A stretch of 64,000 bases of DNA from a virus (Duplodnaviria; Caudoviricetes): IMG/VR virus record IMGVR_UViG_3300032227_000993; one strand, given 5' to 3'. The translations under genes and the position numbers were made by a program. Below, piece after piece: positions 1 to 11,800 of this stretch (positions are counted from its first letter, which is position 1; each line of letters opens with the position of its first letter). Under the pieces are notes generated by a model. The model made no database searches. It saw only the letters and a list, made by a program, of their open reading frames with translations, and was not told the origin of the DNA.

Positions 1-43
1 TTGCCATAGTAAATTTGCTCCTTGATCTACTATTTAGCTAAAT

Positions 44-685
44 CTAGCCGTGTAAGGCGCTCAAAAAATCTTTGGTTTTTTCAGTTACGACCCCAGTTAT
101 TTGTAGTGTAATTCTAGGATTATGCCCAGCATTGGCAGTTGAATGTGGAATATTTTGCCAGTCAAATGTGGTTACATCACCAGCTCGCCAGCCAGAATGT
201 ATGTAGTTGCCATAACTAAAAAAGTGGCCTGGTTCCCAATCTGTGAGTGCGATCATGACTCGCATAATTTTTGATGGATCTTCTGGATTCCATTTTTCTA
301 ATTTGTCTAGGTGTAGATTCCATACCTGCCCTGGACGTTGTATGTGAAGTCGCATCTTGCAGTTATCCATACCTAAAGATTCAGTAATTTTATTAAACGT
401 TTCTGGAACTTCCCAGGTTAAATCACCTACGATTAAATCTTTGCCGTAGCCATACTGTTCTAGATCATACTCTTCTTGGTCATATTCTTCGCTAGAGCGA
501 TCACTACCTTGCCCGCGAGTGCGCCATGTTTTAGGTTTGGCCAATTCCTTGATGGCTTCCAGCTCAGACAACCAAAATGGTTCTATGTTACCCAAGTAAG
601 TGACCTTGTCCTGCTCTGGATCAAATTTGGTATTATCAAAATGATACGTGCTACGCTGTTTAGTTAACTCCCAACTGCTTTTCAT
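44..685 (-). CDS. 2OG-Fe(II)/aspartyl-asparaginyl beta-hydroxylase-like cupin dioxygenase
   Basis: HxD motif (WNLHLD), distal His plus Arg (PHSTANAGHNPRITLQIT) typical of DSBH 2OG oxygenases. Confidence 0.6.
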   Translation of the reverse strand: MKSSWELTKQRSTYHFDNTKFDPEQDKVTYLGNIEPFWLSELEAIKELAKPKTWRTRGQGSDRSSEEYDQEEYDLEQYGYGKDLIVGDLTWEVPETFNKITESLGMDNCKMRLHIQRPGQVWNLHLDKLEKWNPEDPSKIMRVMIALTDWEPGHFFSYGNYIHSGWRAGDVTTFDWQNIPHSTANAGHNPRITLQITGVVTEKTKDFLSALHG

Positions 686-1299
686 ATTACTTTTACTCCC
701 AAGTCTGATTTACTGTAATCTTGAATATATTCTTCCGGTGCCGGTAATATGCCTAAGATGTGCGCCAGTGCAAAATTGTTTGGGGGCATCATGCCAGGAT
801 ATTTTGCCCACGCTTGTTGAATATCTCGATTTTGATCTGCGATAATTTTAGCCATTGTACGCAAATCTTTGTAATACTTATCATAACTAGGATAGGTAAT
901 ATCAAAATGCCCACACTTGACCCACCATCCCAGGCAAGCGTCGTCAGAACGATGTGCCAGTATGATGGGACAATCAGGCCAAGTGGCTTTAAGGTAGTCT
1001 ATGTTGTGAGCAAACACGTGACTCTTAATAATGCGTACACCTGTGCCTGTAAACGGAGCATCAAACATCTGCTCGCACTCTTCTTTACTATGCTGAGACA
1101 AATCCACAGGAACTTCAAACTCCATGCCAGGATCAAAGTAAGCACCCAAGTGCATTAATTCTAGTGTACCAGGAGCATCGTGCCAGTAAGTACGCTCTTC
1201 AGAATAGTCTGAACGATCTATGGAAGGACTATAGTAAATGTTTTTAATTAAAGAGCTCCATTTACTACCGGGAGCTCCTGCGCAAAAGATATACTTCAT
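682..1299 (-). CDS. Sulfotransferase-like P-loop protein
   Basis: N-terminal IFCAGAPGSKWSS loop resembles the PAPS-binding loop; start moved to ATG 1299, which overlaps the tctC stop (ATGA). Confidence 0.45.
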   Translation of the reverse strand: MKYIFCAGAPGSKWSSLIKNIYYSPSIDRSDYSEERTYWHDAPGTLELMHLGAYFDPGMEFEVPVDLSQHSKEECEQMFDAPFTGTGVRIIKSHVFAHNIDYLKATWPDCPIILAHRSDDACLGWWVKCGHFDITYPSYDKYYKDLRTMAKIIADQNRDIQQAWAKYPGMMPPNNFALAHILGILPAPEEYIQDYSKSDLGVKVI

Positions 1300-2252
1300 T
1301 CTGGTTTTATCTTTTTTGCTATTGGTTGCCAAACCTGTCTTAGTCTTACCATACTGGCTCTTACTCCTTCTGGAGTATGTTCAGCTGGTGTAACAAACAT
1401 CATATTTTCAGTAAACTTATCACTAGATTCTTTGCTGTTGATGGCCGGAATAAAATTAGCACGATACCATGCTTGTACATCTGCTGGTGTACCTTTGGGT
1501 AATACCATGTTCCAGCAACCATGTATGTTTAGTCCTGCTACATAATTTTTCATTAAGGGATATTTTTCAAGTCCTTTAATAGGAGTTTCATTGGCAATAC
1601 CAATCAACTTTAGTTTACCAGCTTGAACGTGTGGCCATCCAACCGCAATAGGAGTAACAGCAAATTCAGCGTGTCCGCCCATGACATCTAACAATGCTTG
1701 TGCTGGACCTTTGTACATAGCAGTAATAACTTCGTCACCGCCTTGTACTTTTAACCGGTCTACAAGATACTCAACAGCAAGTTTATGTCCACCGCCACCG
1801 ATGGCAAATGTAATAGGACGCTTCTTGGCCTTAATGTCACGAATTAAATCTTCGGGAGTGTTGACAGTACTTGTAGGTTTGGCAAAGAACGCTAGTGGAC
1901 TACGAGCAATATTTGCCACAGGTTCAAAATCCATGGCATTGTATTTTACTGCGTGTGGATACCAAATTTCTGCTGTGACCCAGTTGCTTTGGCAAGCCGG
2001 AACTGCTACAGTATATCCATCGGCTGGAACAGTATTAAAATGATTCATTGCTATGTTACCATCAACACCTGGACGATGTTCACTAACAAAGCTCGCTCCT
2101 GTTTTTTTCTCTACTTGAGCCGCTACAATACGAAAGCTAATTTCGTTACCTGCGCCAGGGCCATTTGGAAAAATTACAGTGATAGGTTTTTTTGGTTCCC
2201 AAGCAAATGCCAAGACAGGAATTAGTAATAGCGCCAGTAATACTTTTTTCAT
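1296..2252 (-). CDS. tctC: Bug/TctC-family tripartite tricarboxylate transporter substrate-binding protein
   Basis: Signal peptide (MKKVLLALLLIPVLAFA), WxPKKPITVIxPxGPGAGNE, ENRPG-like EHRPGVDGNIA, YKGPAQALLDVMGGH; 318 aa. Confidence 0.9.
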   Translation of the reverse strand: MKKVLLALLLIPVLAFAWEPKKPITVIFPNGPGAGNEISFRIVAAQVEKKTGASFVSEHRPGVDGNIAMNHFNTVPADGYTVAVPACQSNWVTAEIWYPHAVKYNAMDFEPVANIARSPLAFFAKPTSTVNTPEDLIRDIKAKKRPITFAIGGGGHKLAVEYLVDRLKVQGGDEVITAMYKGPAQALLDVMGGHAEFAVTPIAVGWPHVQAGKLKLIGIANETPIKGLEKYPLMKNYVAGLNIHGCWNMVLPKGTPADVQAWYRANFIPAINSKESSDKFTENMMFVTPAEHTPEGVRASMVRLRQVWQPIAKKIKPE

Positions 2253-2352
2253 AGGGGTCCTTAATAGTTGTTAAATAGTTATTAGAAAATTACAAAGAGA
2301 TCTAAATTTTTGCCTTTTTGTAAAAATATTTATCTAATTTACATAAAATACT

Positions 2353-3081
2353 ATGAATACTAAAATTTTTGCCTTAATTACTAAAAATTTAAACCTTGCG
2401 TTTAATTTACCAAAATATGCTGATATTACTATCGACAAAAATACTGTGGTAAATCAATTGCCGTGGACCCCTGCTAGATTTGCCAAGTTCAAAGACGCTA
2501 TGGAAGCAGAATTAAATATTGCGTCAGAATACCAAGGCACCATTGAGTCTATTGTTAAAGATTTAGATGTACGGTACAGTAATCGTTTTTTTGGCGAAAT
2601 TTGGCAGCCTAGAACCAATGACTACAATTACACCGGCTGGCAGTTGGTAGAGGAAATTAACAAACATGATCCAAAGGCCGTGTTAGATGTAGGTTGTGGG
2701 TATCATCCTTTTAAAAATCGTATTCCAAATTTAATTGGTATTGATCCGTACAATCATGCCGCTGAATATCAGGTAGATATTCTTGAATACAAAGTCAAGC
2801 CAGAATCTTATGATCATATCATTGCGTTGGGCTCAATTAACTTTAACTCAAAAGAAGATATTGAGGATAGATTTAGTCATTGTGTAAATTTATTACAACG
2901 TGGCGGTCGATTCTATTTGCGAGCCAATCCAGGAATCACACACAAAACTGGTCCTTATGTAGATATCTTTCCTTGGACGTTTGAAGTGGTCAACGAGTTT
3001 GCTGAAAAATACAATTTAAAATTAGATACCTTTCAGAAAGATTCAAACGATAGATTATTTTTTGTGTACACTAAACTTTAA
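2353..3081 (+). CDS. Class I SAM-dependent methyltransferase with an N-terminal ACP-like extension
   Basis: VLDVGCG motif I, IGIDP motif II, YDHIIALGSINF, LQRGGRFYLR. Confidence 0.8.
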   Translation: MNTKIFALITKNLNLAFNLPKYADITIDKNTVVNQLPWTPARFAKFKDAMEAELNIASEYQGTIESIVKDLDVRYSNRFFGEIWQPRTNDYNYTGWQLVEEINKHDPKAVLDVGCGYHPFKNRIPNLIGIDPYNHAAEYQVDILEYKVKPESYDHIIALGSINFNSKEDIEDRFSHCVNLLQRGGRFYLRANPGITHKTGPYVDIFPWTFEVVNEFAEKYNLKLDTFQKDSNDRLFFVYTKL

Positions 3082-3106
3082 ATGCCTAGGTCCACCATGG
3101 ATGTTT

Positions 3107-4060
3107 TTATTCAAAGCTCACTTTGATATCATGGCTAGGCATACCAAATTTTTTCAATAGTTCCTTACCTTCGATCACAGTACCCACTGGCATTCCACCC
3201 ATTTTTTCACTGTACTTGACTCCGTACTGGTCCAACCAAGCACGGAAGTTATCTGATTTAATAATATCTGATTTAACTGTAGGGCCAATGTCCATGGCCA
3301 GTTTGCCTGAGTAGCCCAGTTGTCCTGATACATCCCAGTTGGTAGGATCATCATAGTCATAGTAAGCGTGTATGAAATCTTTGCCTAGTATGTCACGACC
3401 TACCCATGTGTCAAACTCGTCGCTGTCAGTGAAGTATTTGTAGTCATCTTCGGTGTATTCGGTAAACGACCCTTCTAGCGTAACGTAGGGTCCTAGATCT
3501 GAATATGGATTACTATTGGTAACGTTGGCTATCAATTCTACTTGTTGAAATACTTGTTTAGGATTGTCAGGCTTGCGATCTGTTTTCATGTAAAACTCAG
3601 TATCGTGAACCATTGAGTTGATAATTTCAGTGAGATACAGTACACGGTCTAGCTGCTTTTCGGATACTGTAAAGTTGGACTCAAAACGATCAGACCACTT
3701 TAATATTTTCTTACCAGCAAAGTACTCACGATGTGCTGTGGTAAAACTACGATGTAGTTGATTGAGTAACTGTTGTCCGGCAGCGTCTTGACCAATCAAG
3801 CTGTCTGGGTTGACACAGTAAGGAAAGTTAATGTTGTAGCTATTAAGTTCGTCGATAATGGCAATAAATTTATCTGTTTGATTTTGTACATAGACAGTAT
3901 TTTGACCGCGGAATAAACCCAAGGGAGGGCCACTGCCTATCTCCGACTGGAATCTAGTGTGCAAGTGACGCAGTTGTTCAGTGTATTTTTCAACAAAAAG
4001 ATTTTGTACTAATTCAACACGTACTAGACCGTATTGAGTGTCCAAATTGATGTACTTCAT
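3107..4060 (-). CDS. Hypothetical phage protein
   Basis: Long ORF; likely start ATG 4060, 5 nt after a TAAATA hexamer. Confidence 0.65.
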   Translation of the reverse strand: MKYINLDTQYGLVRVELVQNLFVEKYTEQLRHLHTRFQSEIGSGPPLGLFRGQNTVYVQNQTDKFIAIIDELNSYNINFPYCVNPDSLIGQDAAGQQLLNQLHRSFTTAHREYFAGKKILKWSDRFESNFTVSEKQLDRVLYLTEIINSMVHDTEFYMKTDRKPDNPKQVFQQVELIANVTNSNPYSDLGPYVTLEGSFTEYTEDDYKYFTDSDEFDTWVGRDILGKDFIHAYYDYDDPTNWDVSGQLGYSGKLAMDIGPTVKSDIIKSDNFRAWLDQYGVKYSEKMGGMPVGTVIEGKELLKKFGMPSHDIKVSFE

Positions 4061-4123
4061 AAAGATATTTATGTATGGTTGTGCTGCCAATAAAAATACT
4101 AAATTAAAAGATTGTGACAATTT

Positions 4124-4894
4124 CTAGTGTAAGTTTTTCCATTGTGCTTCAGTGTACACTTTCATGTATCCGTTGCTTACATCTTTAGAATTTGCCCCTA
4201 CTTTGTAGTGACTAATAATTAAGTTAGGAGTATTATCGGCATAGTTTGATTGGATAGCTTGTTGGCTGTGATTCCATGCTTTTTGAACCCATGTATCATC
4301 CTTTAATTCGGCTATTTCCTTACCATCTATTCCGCGATGTATTTCCAAGCGTATGTTGTGTACTTCACCGTCGATAAAATCACAAGTGGCAATATAGTTG
4401 GCATGATAGTGTTCAAACCGATCAAACCAGCAGGCATCGCCGCCGTGCTCTAAAATAAACTGCTTGACATAATGGCCACCACCACCGACATTTAATCTCA
4501 ATCCTGAATTAGGTCTATTAATAAAAGTACCTATATGTGTGTAGCGGGTGCCAGCAGGTAGTTGGGGTAGTGAGTGTGGAGTTAATCCGCTTATTGCCCA
4601 CATAGTTTCTAGAGTAGTATCAAATGTACTAGGATATCCCAGTGCTTTAAAAATAGCCGGAGTACTTAACTGATTGTTTGTAACCTGATCTAAGTCGTAT
4701 TCTAGTATTACATCGCGGGTATCTATATTGATTAATTTAGTAACCAACTCTCTTGCGTATTCAGGAACAGTTAGTAAAGTTTCTGTATTAGCCAAAGCAA
4801 AATAACCCACAGCTTCAAGCGCACTATTCTTATTGTATTCGTATCCTGTTACTGGTGGTTGAGGCGGTAATGTATAAAAATAATCACAGCTCAT
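4124..4894 (-). CDS. Hypothetical phage protein
   Basis: ORF starting 1 nt after the upstream gene's stop (ATG 4894). Confidence 0.6.
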   Translation of the reverse strand: MSCDYFYTLPPQPPVTGYEYNKNSALEAVGYFALANTETLLTVPEYARELVTKLINIDTRDVILEYDLDQVTNNQLSTPAIFKALGYPSTFDTTLETMWAISGLTPHSLPQLPAGTRYTHIGTFINRPNSGLRLNVGGGGHYVKQFILEHGGDACWFDRFEHYHANYIATCDFIDGEVHNIRLEIHRGIDGKEIAELKDDTWVQKAWNHSQQAIQSNYADNTPNLIISHYKVGANSKDVSNGYMKVYTEAQWKNLH

Positions 4895-4895
4895 A

Positions 4896-5804
4896 TTAGC
4901 CAGCTGAATAGTAAGCCATACCAGCTCCGGTACTGGATGCGTCGCCTGTGATTGTGTAACTAGACGCAGCAATAGCATAGTTAGCACTAGGGTCTTTTAT
5001 TTCGTTAGTAAATGTGTATCCTAGAGAACTGCCTGGATCAAAAGCAATGTCCCCAGCGTTGACCACAGGTGCTATTTTGAAATAACTACCTGTTATTGGT
5101 GGCAGGAATGAAGCAATATTAGGTGGAGTAAATGTTGAAGTGTAAACAGCATTGCCTACAGTATATCGAGTATTACGAGTTTTGCCTGTATAGTTGTATA
5201 TACTATTGCCGCTGTCGTATCTACTAAAGGCCTGAACGCCATACATACCTATGGTAGCTCCGGTGGCAGAAGGATTAGTAATACTAGCAGAAAAAGAAGT
5301 AGTGTATGAAAGTGTTCCGTTGACCCATAAGTTAAGTGTGCCAGACGAGCGAGTTACTGCCAAATGGTTCCAGGTATTTTGTAGAATAAAGTTACTGTTA
5401 AGCGGATCAGCTGTGCCAGTGTTAACAACTGTGCCGTAGGCACCAGTGGTGCCTTTCATACTGGCTACCAACTGCCAATGTACTCCGTCCGTGCCGTAGG
5501 TAGCACTATTGTTTAGTAATCCTAACCCTAAGTCAGCATCAAAAATAGTATTGTTGCCACCCAAGGTCCAAATGCCTGTTAACTGTTGGGAGCCAGTAAA
5601 GTACGCCCAAGATTCAATACAAAAGTCACCTACACCAGGATACCAGGATGCCCAGGTGGTATTAGTAGTACTGCTATTGCTACCGGACATATACAAACTA
5701 CAACCTGGATTGGTAAATGGTTGGCTATTGTCCACCGACATCATCCATAATGCCGGAGGCGGATTAAACCCCTGTACATCAGAAAAGCTAGGACTAATAA
5801 GCAT
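4896..5804 (-). CDS. LamG/concanavalin-A-like lectin-domain virion protein
   Basis: GDFCIESWAYF...WNHLAVTRSSGTLNLWVNG...YTGKTRNTRYTVGNAVYTSTFTPP pattern of phage LamG domains. Confidence 0.8.
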   Translation of the reverse strand: MLISPSFSDVQGFNPPPALWMMSVDNSQPFTNPGCSLYMSGSNSSTTNTTWASWYPGVGDFCIESWAYFTGSQQLTGIWTLGGNNTIFDADLGLGLLNNSATYGTDGVHWQLVASMKGTTGAYGTVVNTGTADPLNSNFILQNTWNHLAVTRSSGTLNLWVNGTLSYTTSFSASITNPSATGATIGMYGVQAFSRYDSGNSIYNYTGKTRNTRYTVGNAVYTSTFTPPNIASFLPPITGSYFKIAPVVNAGDIAFDPGSSLGYTFTNEIKDPSANYAIAASSYTITGDASSTGAGMAYYSAG

Positions 5805-8800
5805 TATGTGTAATCCGTTGATGAACCTAACACCAACAAGTTACCACCATTGTTTAATATTGAGTAACTCAATGTATTAATAAATCCTGCGATGATTGGA
5901 GGCTGTACACCGTTGGTCCAACGTACTGCGGTATTGGCACCGTTGATCTGGAATGCATCGTATGGTGTGTACAACGGAGTGCTTGCGCCACCTGGATCCA
6001 ACAACAATGTTACCACAGCAACAGCTGAGTTAGAAATAGTCAAGTTAGCCAAGTTAACACCCCAGTTGGCTGTAGCGGCAGAAATATCTACATAAAAAAT
6101 TTGTGAACTTGTGCAATCATAACTGTTGACGGCATTACTTGTTACTGTAGAAGTAGCAAATGTAGTTACGGCGCTGGTTACAGGATTGTAAGTAAACTCT
6201 TTGGTGGTGGTGTTGTAGAACAACTGATTAGTAGTATTACCTGAATCGCTGCGAACATTATTAAAGAATACACTGGCATTACTAAATGTTGCCGCAGTAG
6301 AGTTAGCCACGGACATAGTGATGTTGCCATCACTACTAGAAATACTTACATTACTTGTACCGTTGCTGATAGAGTTAGCTGAACCGCCACCGCCTGCGCC
6401 GTATGTCAACTCTTTTGTAGTAGTGTTGTAGTAAACAGCGTTGGTTACGTTACCTGTATCGTTACGTACTGGCGCCGCATAGAAGCCGGAATTACTGGCA
6501 TTAACAGCGGTACCTGAACCGTTGAGGATAATGCTGTTGGCTACTTGTGTAGTTTGCCCTGCAAAACGACCAATAGCAATACTATTAATACCTTGGACGT
6601 TGGCGCCAGCACTAGTTCCAATAGCAACAGCGTTAGCACCTTGTGTGGTTAGGCCGGCTCCAGTACCAATAGCAACAGCAGAATTACCCTGAGTATTTCC
6701 TGCGGCGCTAGCTCCGATAGCAATACTTTGTGTGCCCTGTGCCCCAGCTGTGCCACAGGCTTGATAACCGATGGCAATGGCACCAGAGCCCGATCCAAAG
6801 TAACTAGTCTGGTAACCCATAGCAATAGCACCTGTGCCTGACCCACTAAAGGCAGCACTATCACCAATACTGATAGCTCTAGTTCCCGACGCTGTTCTAG
6901 CCGCGGTTGTTCCGATTGCTACTGCGCCTAACCCTTGGCTAGTTGCTCCAGCAAGTTGTCCAATAGCAATGGCAGTATTACCTTGACTGGTTCCAGCTGC
7001 ACCAAATCCAATTGCTACAGCATTTTGACCTTGTGTCCCTGCGCCAGCGTTTGCTCCAATAGCAACCGACTGTAGTCCTTGTGTTGTTGCTCCGGCATTG
7101 TAACCCATAGCCACTGCTTGTGTGCCTTGGGCTGCATTACCAGCAAGTGCTCCTACGGCCACAGCTCCTGAAGCTTGTGTGTTACCGCCAGCATTGGTTC
7201 CGATAGCAATACCGTTTTGAGCTTGTGAAGCGTAACCAGCATTAAAGCCCAAGGCAACTGTGTAAAGGCCTTGTGTTATTGCTCCAGCATTGTAACCTAC
7301 AGCAACAGCGTTGGCACTTTGTGTAGTGGTACCTGCTTGGAAACCAATAGCCACAGCAGTAGTGCCTTGTGTGTTACCGCCAGCTAAGTAACCAACAGCT
7401 ATTCCAAAATTGCCTTGTGTACTATTCCCAGCGGAATAACCAATGGCAACAGCGGCGCCACCTTGCGTATTAGCGGCAGCCTCTCTACCAATGGCAATAC
7501 TATTAATTCCTTGAGTGTTGGCGCCAGCATTTAGACCGATAGCAACAGAGTTGCCTCCTTGTGATGAATTTCCTGCCAAGCGACCAATAGCAACTGCTTG
7601 AGTACCTTGACTTGTTAAACCTGCTTGCCAACCTATAGCAATACTGCTAGCACCTTGCGTAGTTGCGCCCGCACCTTGACCAACAGCAACGCTTTGTGCG
7701 CCTTGTGTTGTAAGACCGGCTTGCCAACCAATACCAACAGCACCAGAGCCTTGACTGCTATTACCTGCCAGATAGCCAATGGCAATAGCCTGAGTACCTT
7801 GTGTATTGGCGCCAGCTTCGCGACCAATAGCAATGGCATTAACACTTTGAGAATTAGAAGCTGCCTGGAAGCCGATAGTAACAGTAGTATTTGATAAATT
7901 AAATGATTGTGTGCCAGTAATACCCATTGTAATGTTAGCATTTGCGGCGACCGTTACATTACTTGTACCGTTGGTTAAACTTGTTGGAGTTCCAGCCAAG
8001 CCAGTGAGTAGTGCTCCGTTACCAATAAAATAGTTGCCACTGATATTACCAGTGGCACTTACCAGACCAACCGCAGAAATATTGCCGCCTGTGACATTGC
8101 CTGTGGCACTTACTAGTCCACCGGTTCGAACATTGCCTCCTGTAACATTGCCTGTGGCACTTACCAAGCCAGCAGTAGTGATGTTACCTGAGATAACATT
8201 ACCTGTAGCACTTACTAATCCAGTGACAGTCAACCCTGTGTTGGCAAATACACCAACAATATTAGCAGTAGAGCCGCCACCAGCAATAACTTTGACTTCT
8301 TTGCCACTAGTGCCAGCACCAAGAATTAAGTTACCACCGTTGTCGCCTGCGCCATTGCCAAATGTGTACAAGTAAGCATCGTTGGCTCGGACACTGGTAC
8401 CAAGCGCATTAGCTGATAAGCCATCGTAGGTTGATGACGCAATACCCAAGTCAACATAATATGTTGTGTTGGTACCATTATCAGCAGTGGCCACGTAGTC
8501 TGCACTTGCGCCAGATCCAGAGTTGATATTCTGGAAGTTTAACTGTGCGTAATCAGGATAGTTAGCACTAAATTGTGTTACTGTAGCTGGCAAGTTGGCA
8601 AAGCCGCTTGAGATACCTGCGTATAGTGCGCCAAATCCAAACGAGTCGCCAAAGAAGCTACCTTGATTACCTGTGATTTGATTAATGTTGCCTGGTAGTG
8701 TTACATTGCCTGTGACTACCAAGTTACCAATAGTAGCGTTACCCGACACACCTAGGGTAGCACTATTAACAGCACCACTAACAGCCAGGGCTGATAAGTT

Positions 8801-11800
8801 GCCTAAACTGGTAATATTAGGTTGTGCGTTGGTGGTTAGTGTGCCGCCAATCGCGCCCGAGTAAGTTGGCAAGTAAGCGCCTACTTCGGTATTACCATAC
8901 ATACCGGTCAACTGACTACCGTTACCTAAGAAATATGATCCTGTTATATTACCAACAGCACTTAAATTGTTACTTACGGTCCAAGTATCAGTGGCACTGG
9001 CCCAAGTAAATGTAGCATATTCAGCATTGGCTGGTCCAACTCCAAAACCAGCACCGTTGGCATAAATTGCCGCGTTGGCATTATTGGCCACGTTGAATAC
9101 CAAGTCATTGATAGAAACGTTGTTACTATCAACAGTAGTTGTTGTTCCTTGAACTACTAGGTTACCAGTGATGAGAGCATTACCAGCTTGAATATTACCT
9201 GTGTAGGTTGGCAAGTAAGCTCCTACCTGTGTATTGCCATACATACCTGTAAGATTACTACCGTCACCAGTAAAATATCCACCGATAACATTACCTATGA
9301 CGACAGCGTTAGCTTCAACGTTAATACTGCCACCAAAATAGCCATCAAGTAAAGAGCCAATACTTTCGTTTGCTATGATATTGTTAGCACTAATATCGCC
9401 AGCGGTTGTGAATCCAGCTGTGTCGTTGCCAGATGCTAGATAAAGAGAAACGTCAGCATTGCCATAATTAGCTGGCAGTCCTGTAATGTTACTACCATCA
9501 CCATACAAGTAACTACTGACTAAATTGCCAGTGGTTACAATATTGCTAGTGGTACCGCTTTCTAAGAACGTAGAAACATTAGAGTTAGTATATACTTGAC
9601 CTTGTAAGGTTGTTACATTACTGGCAACGTTGGCAACATTGCTATCTGTATTTGCTAAACTTGTAGTTAGATTAGCCACGTTACTATTTGTATTAGCAAC
9701 ATTGGCATTTGTATTTGCTAAACTTGTTGTCAAGTTAGCTACGTTACTGTTTGTATTTGCTAAGTTATTGTTTGTAGTAGATAGATTTGTAGTTAAGTTG
9801 GCTACGTTGCTGTTAGTGTTAGCAACGTTGGCATTTGTGCTGACAATGGCATTGCCCAAGGCCGCGCCTTGAATCTCAACGTTGGCCAAGTCGGCATTAG
9901 TGTTAGCTAAACTTAATGTTAAATTAGCTACATTACTATTTGTATTAGCAACATTGGCATTTGTATTTGCTAAACTTGTTGTCAAATTAGCTACATTACC
10001 GTTTGTATTTGCTACATTACTATTAATGCCAATAATAGTATTACTGGTTGGCAAATACGCTTCAACATTGGCATTGCCATATCCGCCAGCGGCAGTTACT
10101 ACGTTTTGAACAAAACTTGTGGTTGCTACCAAGTTTGAATTATCCGAATTACCTTGTGTAGTTGCTATTAAGTTACCAGTTACTGTTAGATTGGATATGT
10201 TACCCGAGTAGGTAGGCAAGTAAGCAGCAACATCAGCATTGCTATAGCCAGCAGGTAAGCCAGAGATAAACGCACCGTTACCTAATAAGTAAGCACCACT
10301 AATATTGGCAGTGGTTGTAATGTTACCAGTGGTACTGATTATGGCATTGGTGCCTGCGCCCAAGAATGATTGTGTATTAGCGTTAGTGTAAACTTGACCT
10401 TGTAAAGTGGTAACGTTACTGGCTATGTTGGCAACATTACTGTTGGTATTGCCTTGTGCGATTGCTAGATTGGCAACATTGCCGTTTGTGTTAGCTACAT
10501 TGGAATTGATGCCAATGATAATGTTACTTGTTGGCAAGTAAGCTTCTACGTTGGCATTACCATAGGAGGCTGGAAGTCCTGTTAGCTGACTACCGTTACC
10601 AATAAAATAGTTGCCGGTCACATTACCAGTGGCACTTACTAATCCAGCTGTTAAAATATTGCCAGCAGATATGGTATTGCCAACTGTAGCAGTTTGTGTA
10701 GCGGCATTGTATGTAAAGCCAATGTCCGATCCAGCATTGCCATTATTGTTATATATTACCCAAGTGTTACTACCAGGAACAACTAAGTTACCTGAGATAT
10801 TACCTTGGAAGTTACCGATAAAAGTTGTGGCTGTGACTGTGTTGCTAACATTTATGTTTGTAGCATAGATGTTGCCAGTGGTGTTGGCATTGCCAAGATA
10901 TGCTGATACGTTAGCATTAGCATAAACTTGTCCTTGTAGTGTTGTTACATTAGATGCTACATTAGATACATTAGAATCTGTGTTAGCTAAACTTGTTGTT
11001 AAATTTGCTACGTTACTATTTGTATTAGCTACATTTGCATTTGTATTAGCAAGAGCGTTGACTCCTTCTGTTGTTGAGATCTGCAACTGAGAAATACTGT
11101 TGGTATTATTTGCAGTAACTAGTGTTAAGTTAGCTAAGTTACTGTTAGTATTAGCTACGTTAGCATTGATAGCAATAATTGTATTACTAGATGGTAAGTA
11201 TGCTTCAACGTTAGCATTACCATATGCGCCATTAATATTAGCTGCATTAATATTTGATAATAATGATCCATTACCAATAAAATAGTTAGCAGTTACATTG
11301 CCGCCAGCAACTATGTTACCAGCGGTTGAAAATTGACCAGCAGTAAGATTACCTGTGTATGTAGTCAAATAATCTGCTACATTAGCATTGCCATAGTTAC
11401 TAGCACCGGCGGCAGTAGTTTGAACTGTGCCGTCAGCAAAGGTGATCCCAGCGCCAGGAGTAGCATTAGACACAACAACATTACCAGCAATAATATTGGC
11501 AGTGGTGGCAATGTTGGCTGTTTGTGGAGCAGCTGTGTTAGAACTCAACACAACAGGAACGTTGTTAACTAATAAATCGTTGTTTGCGGTTAAACTTACA
11601 GGAATTGAATTCAAATAAATTGTGTTGTTACTTACCCACAAGTCTTTCCATTGATTAGTACTGTTACCCAAACTTAATGTCACATTAGAAGCAGGAATAA
11701 CGTTAGTGGTTACCGCTGTTAAATTTACATTGCCAGTAGTAATGCCAGTGAGTTGGCTACCATTACCAAGTATGTAATTTCCAGTGATGTTACCTGTAGC

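Noticed and set aside
6539-10030. CRISPR array or DGR template/variable repeats
   Set aside because: The repeats are degenerate, in-frame coding repeats without unique spacers. No adenine-specific mismatch pair, reverse transcriptase or cas gene was seen in the window.
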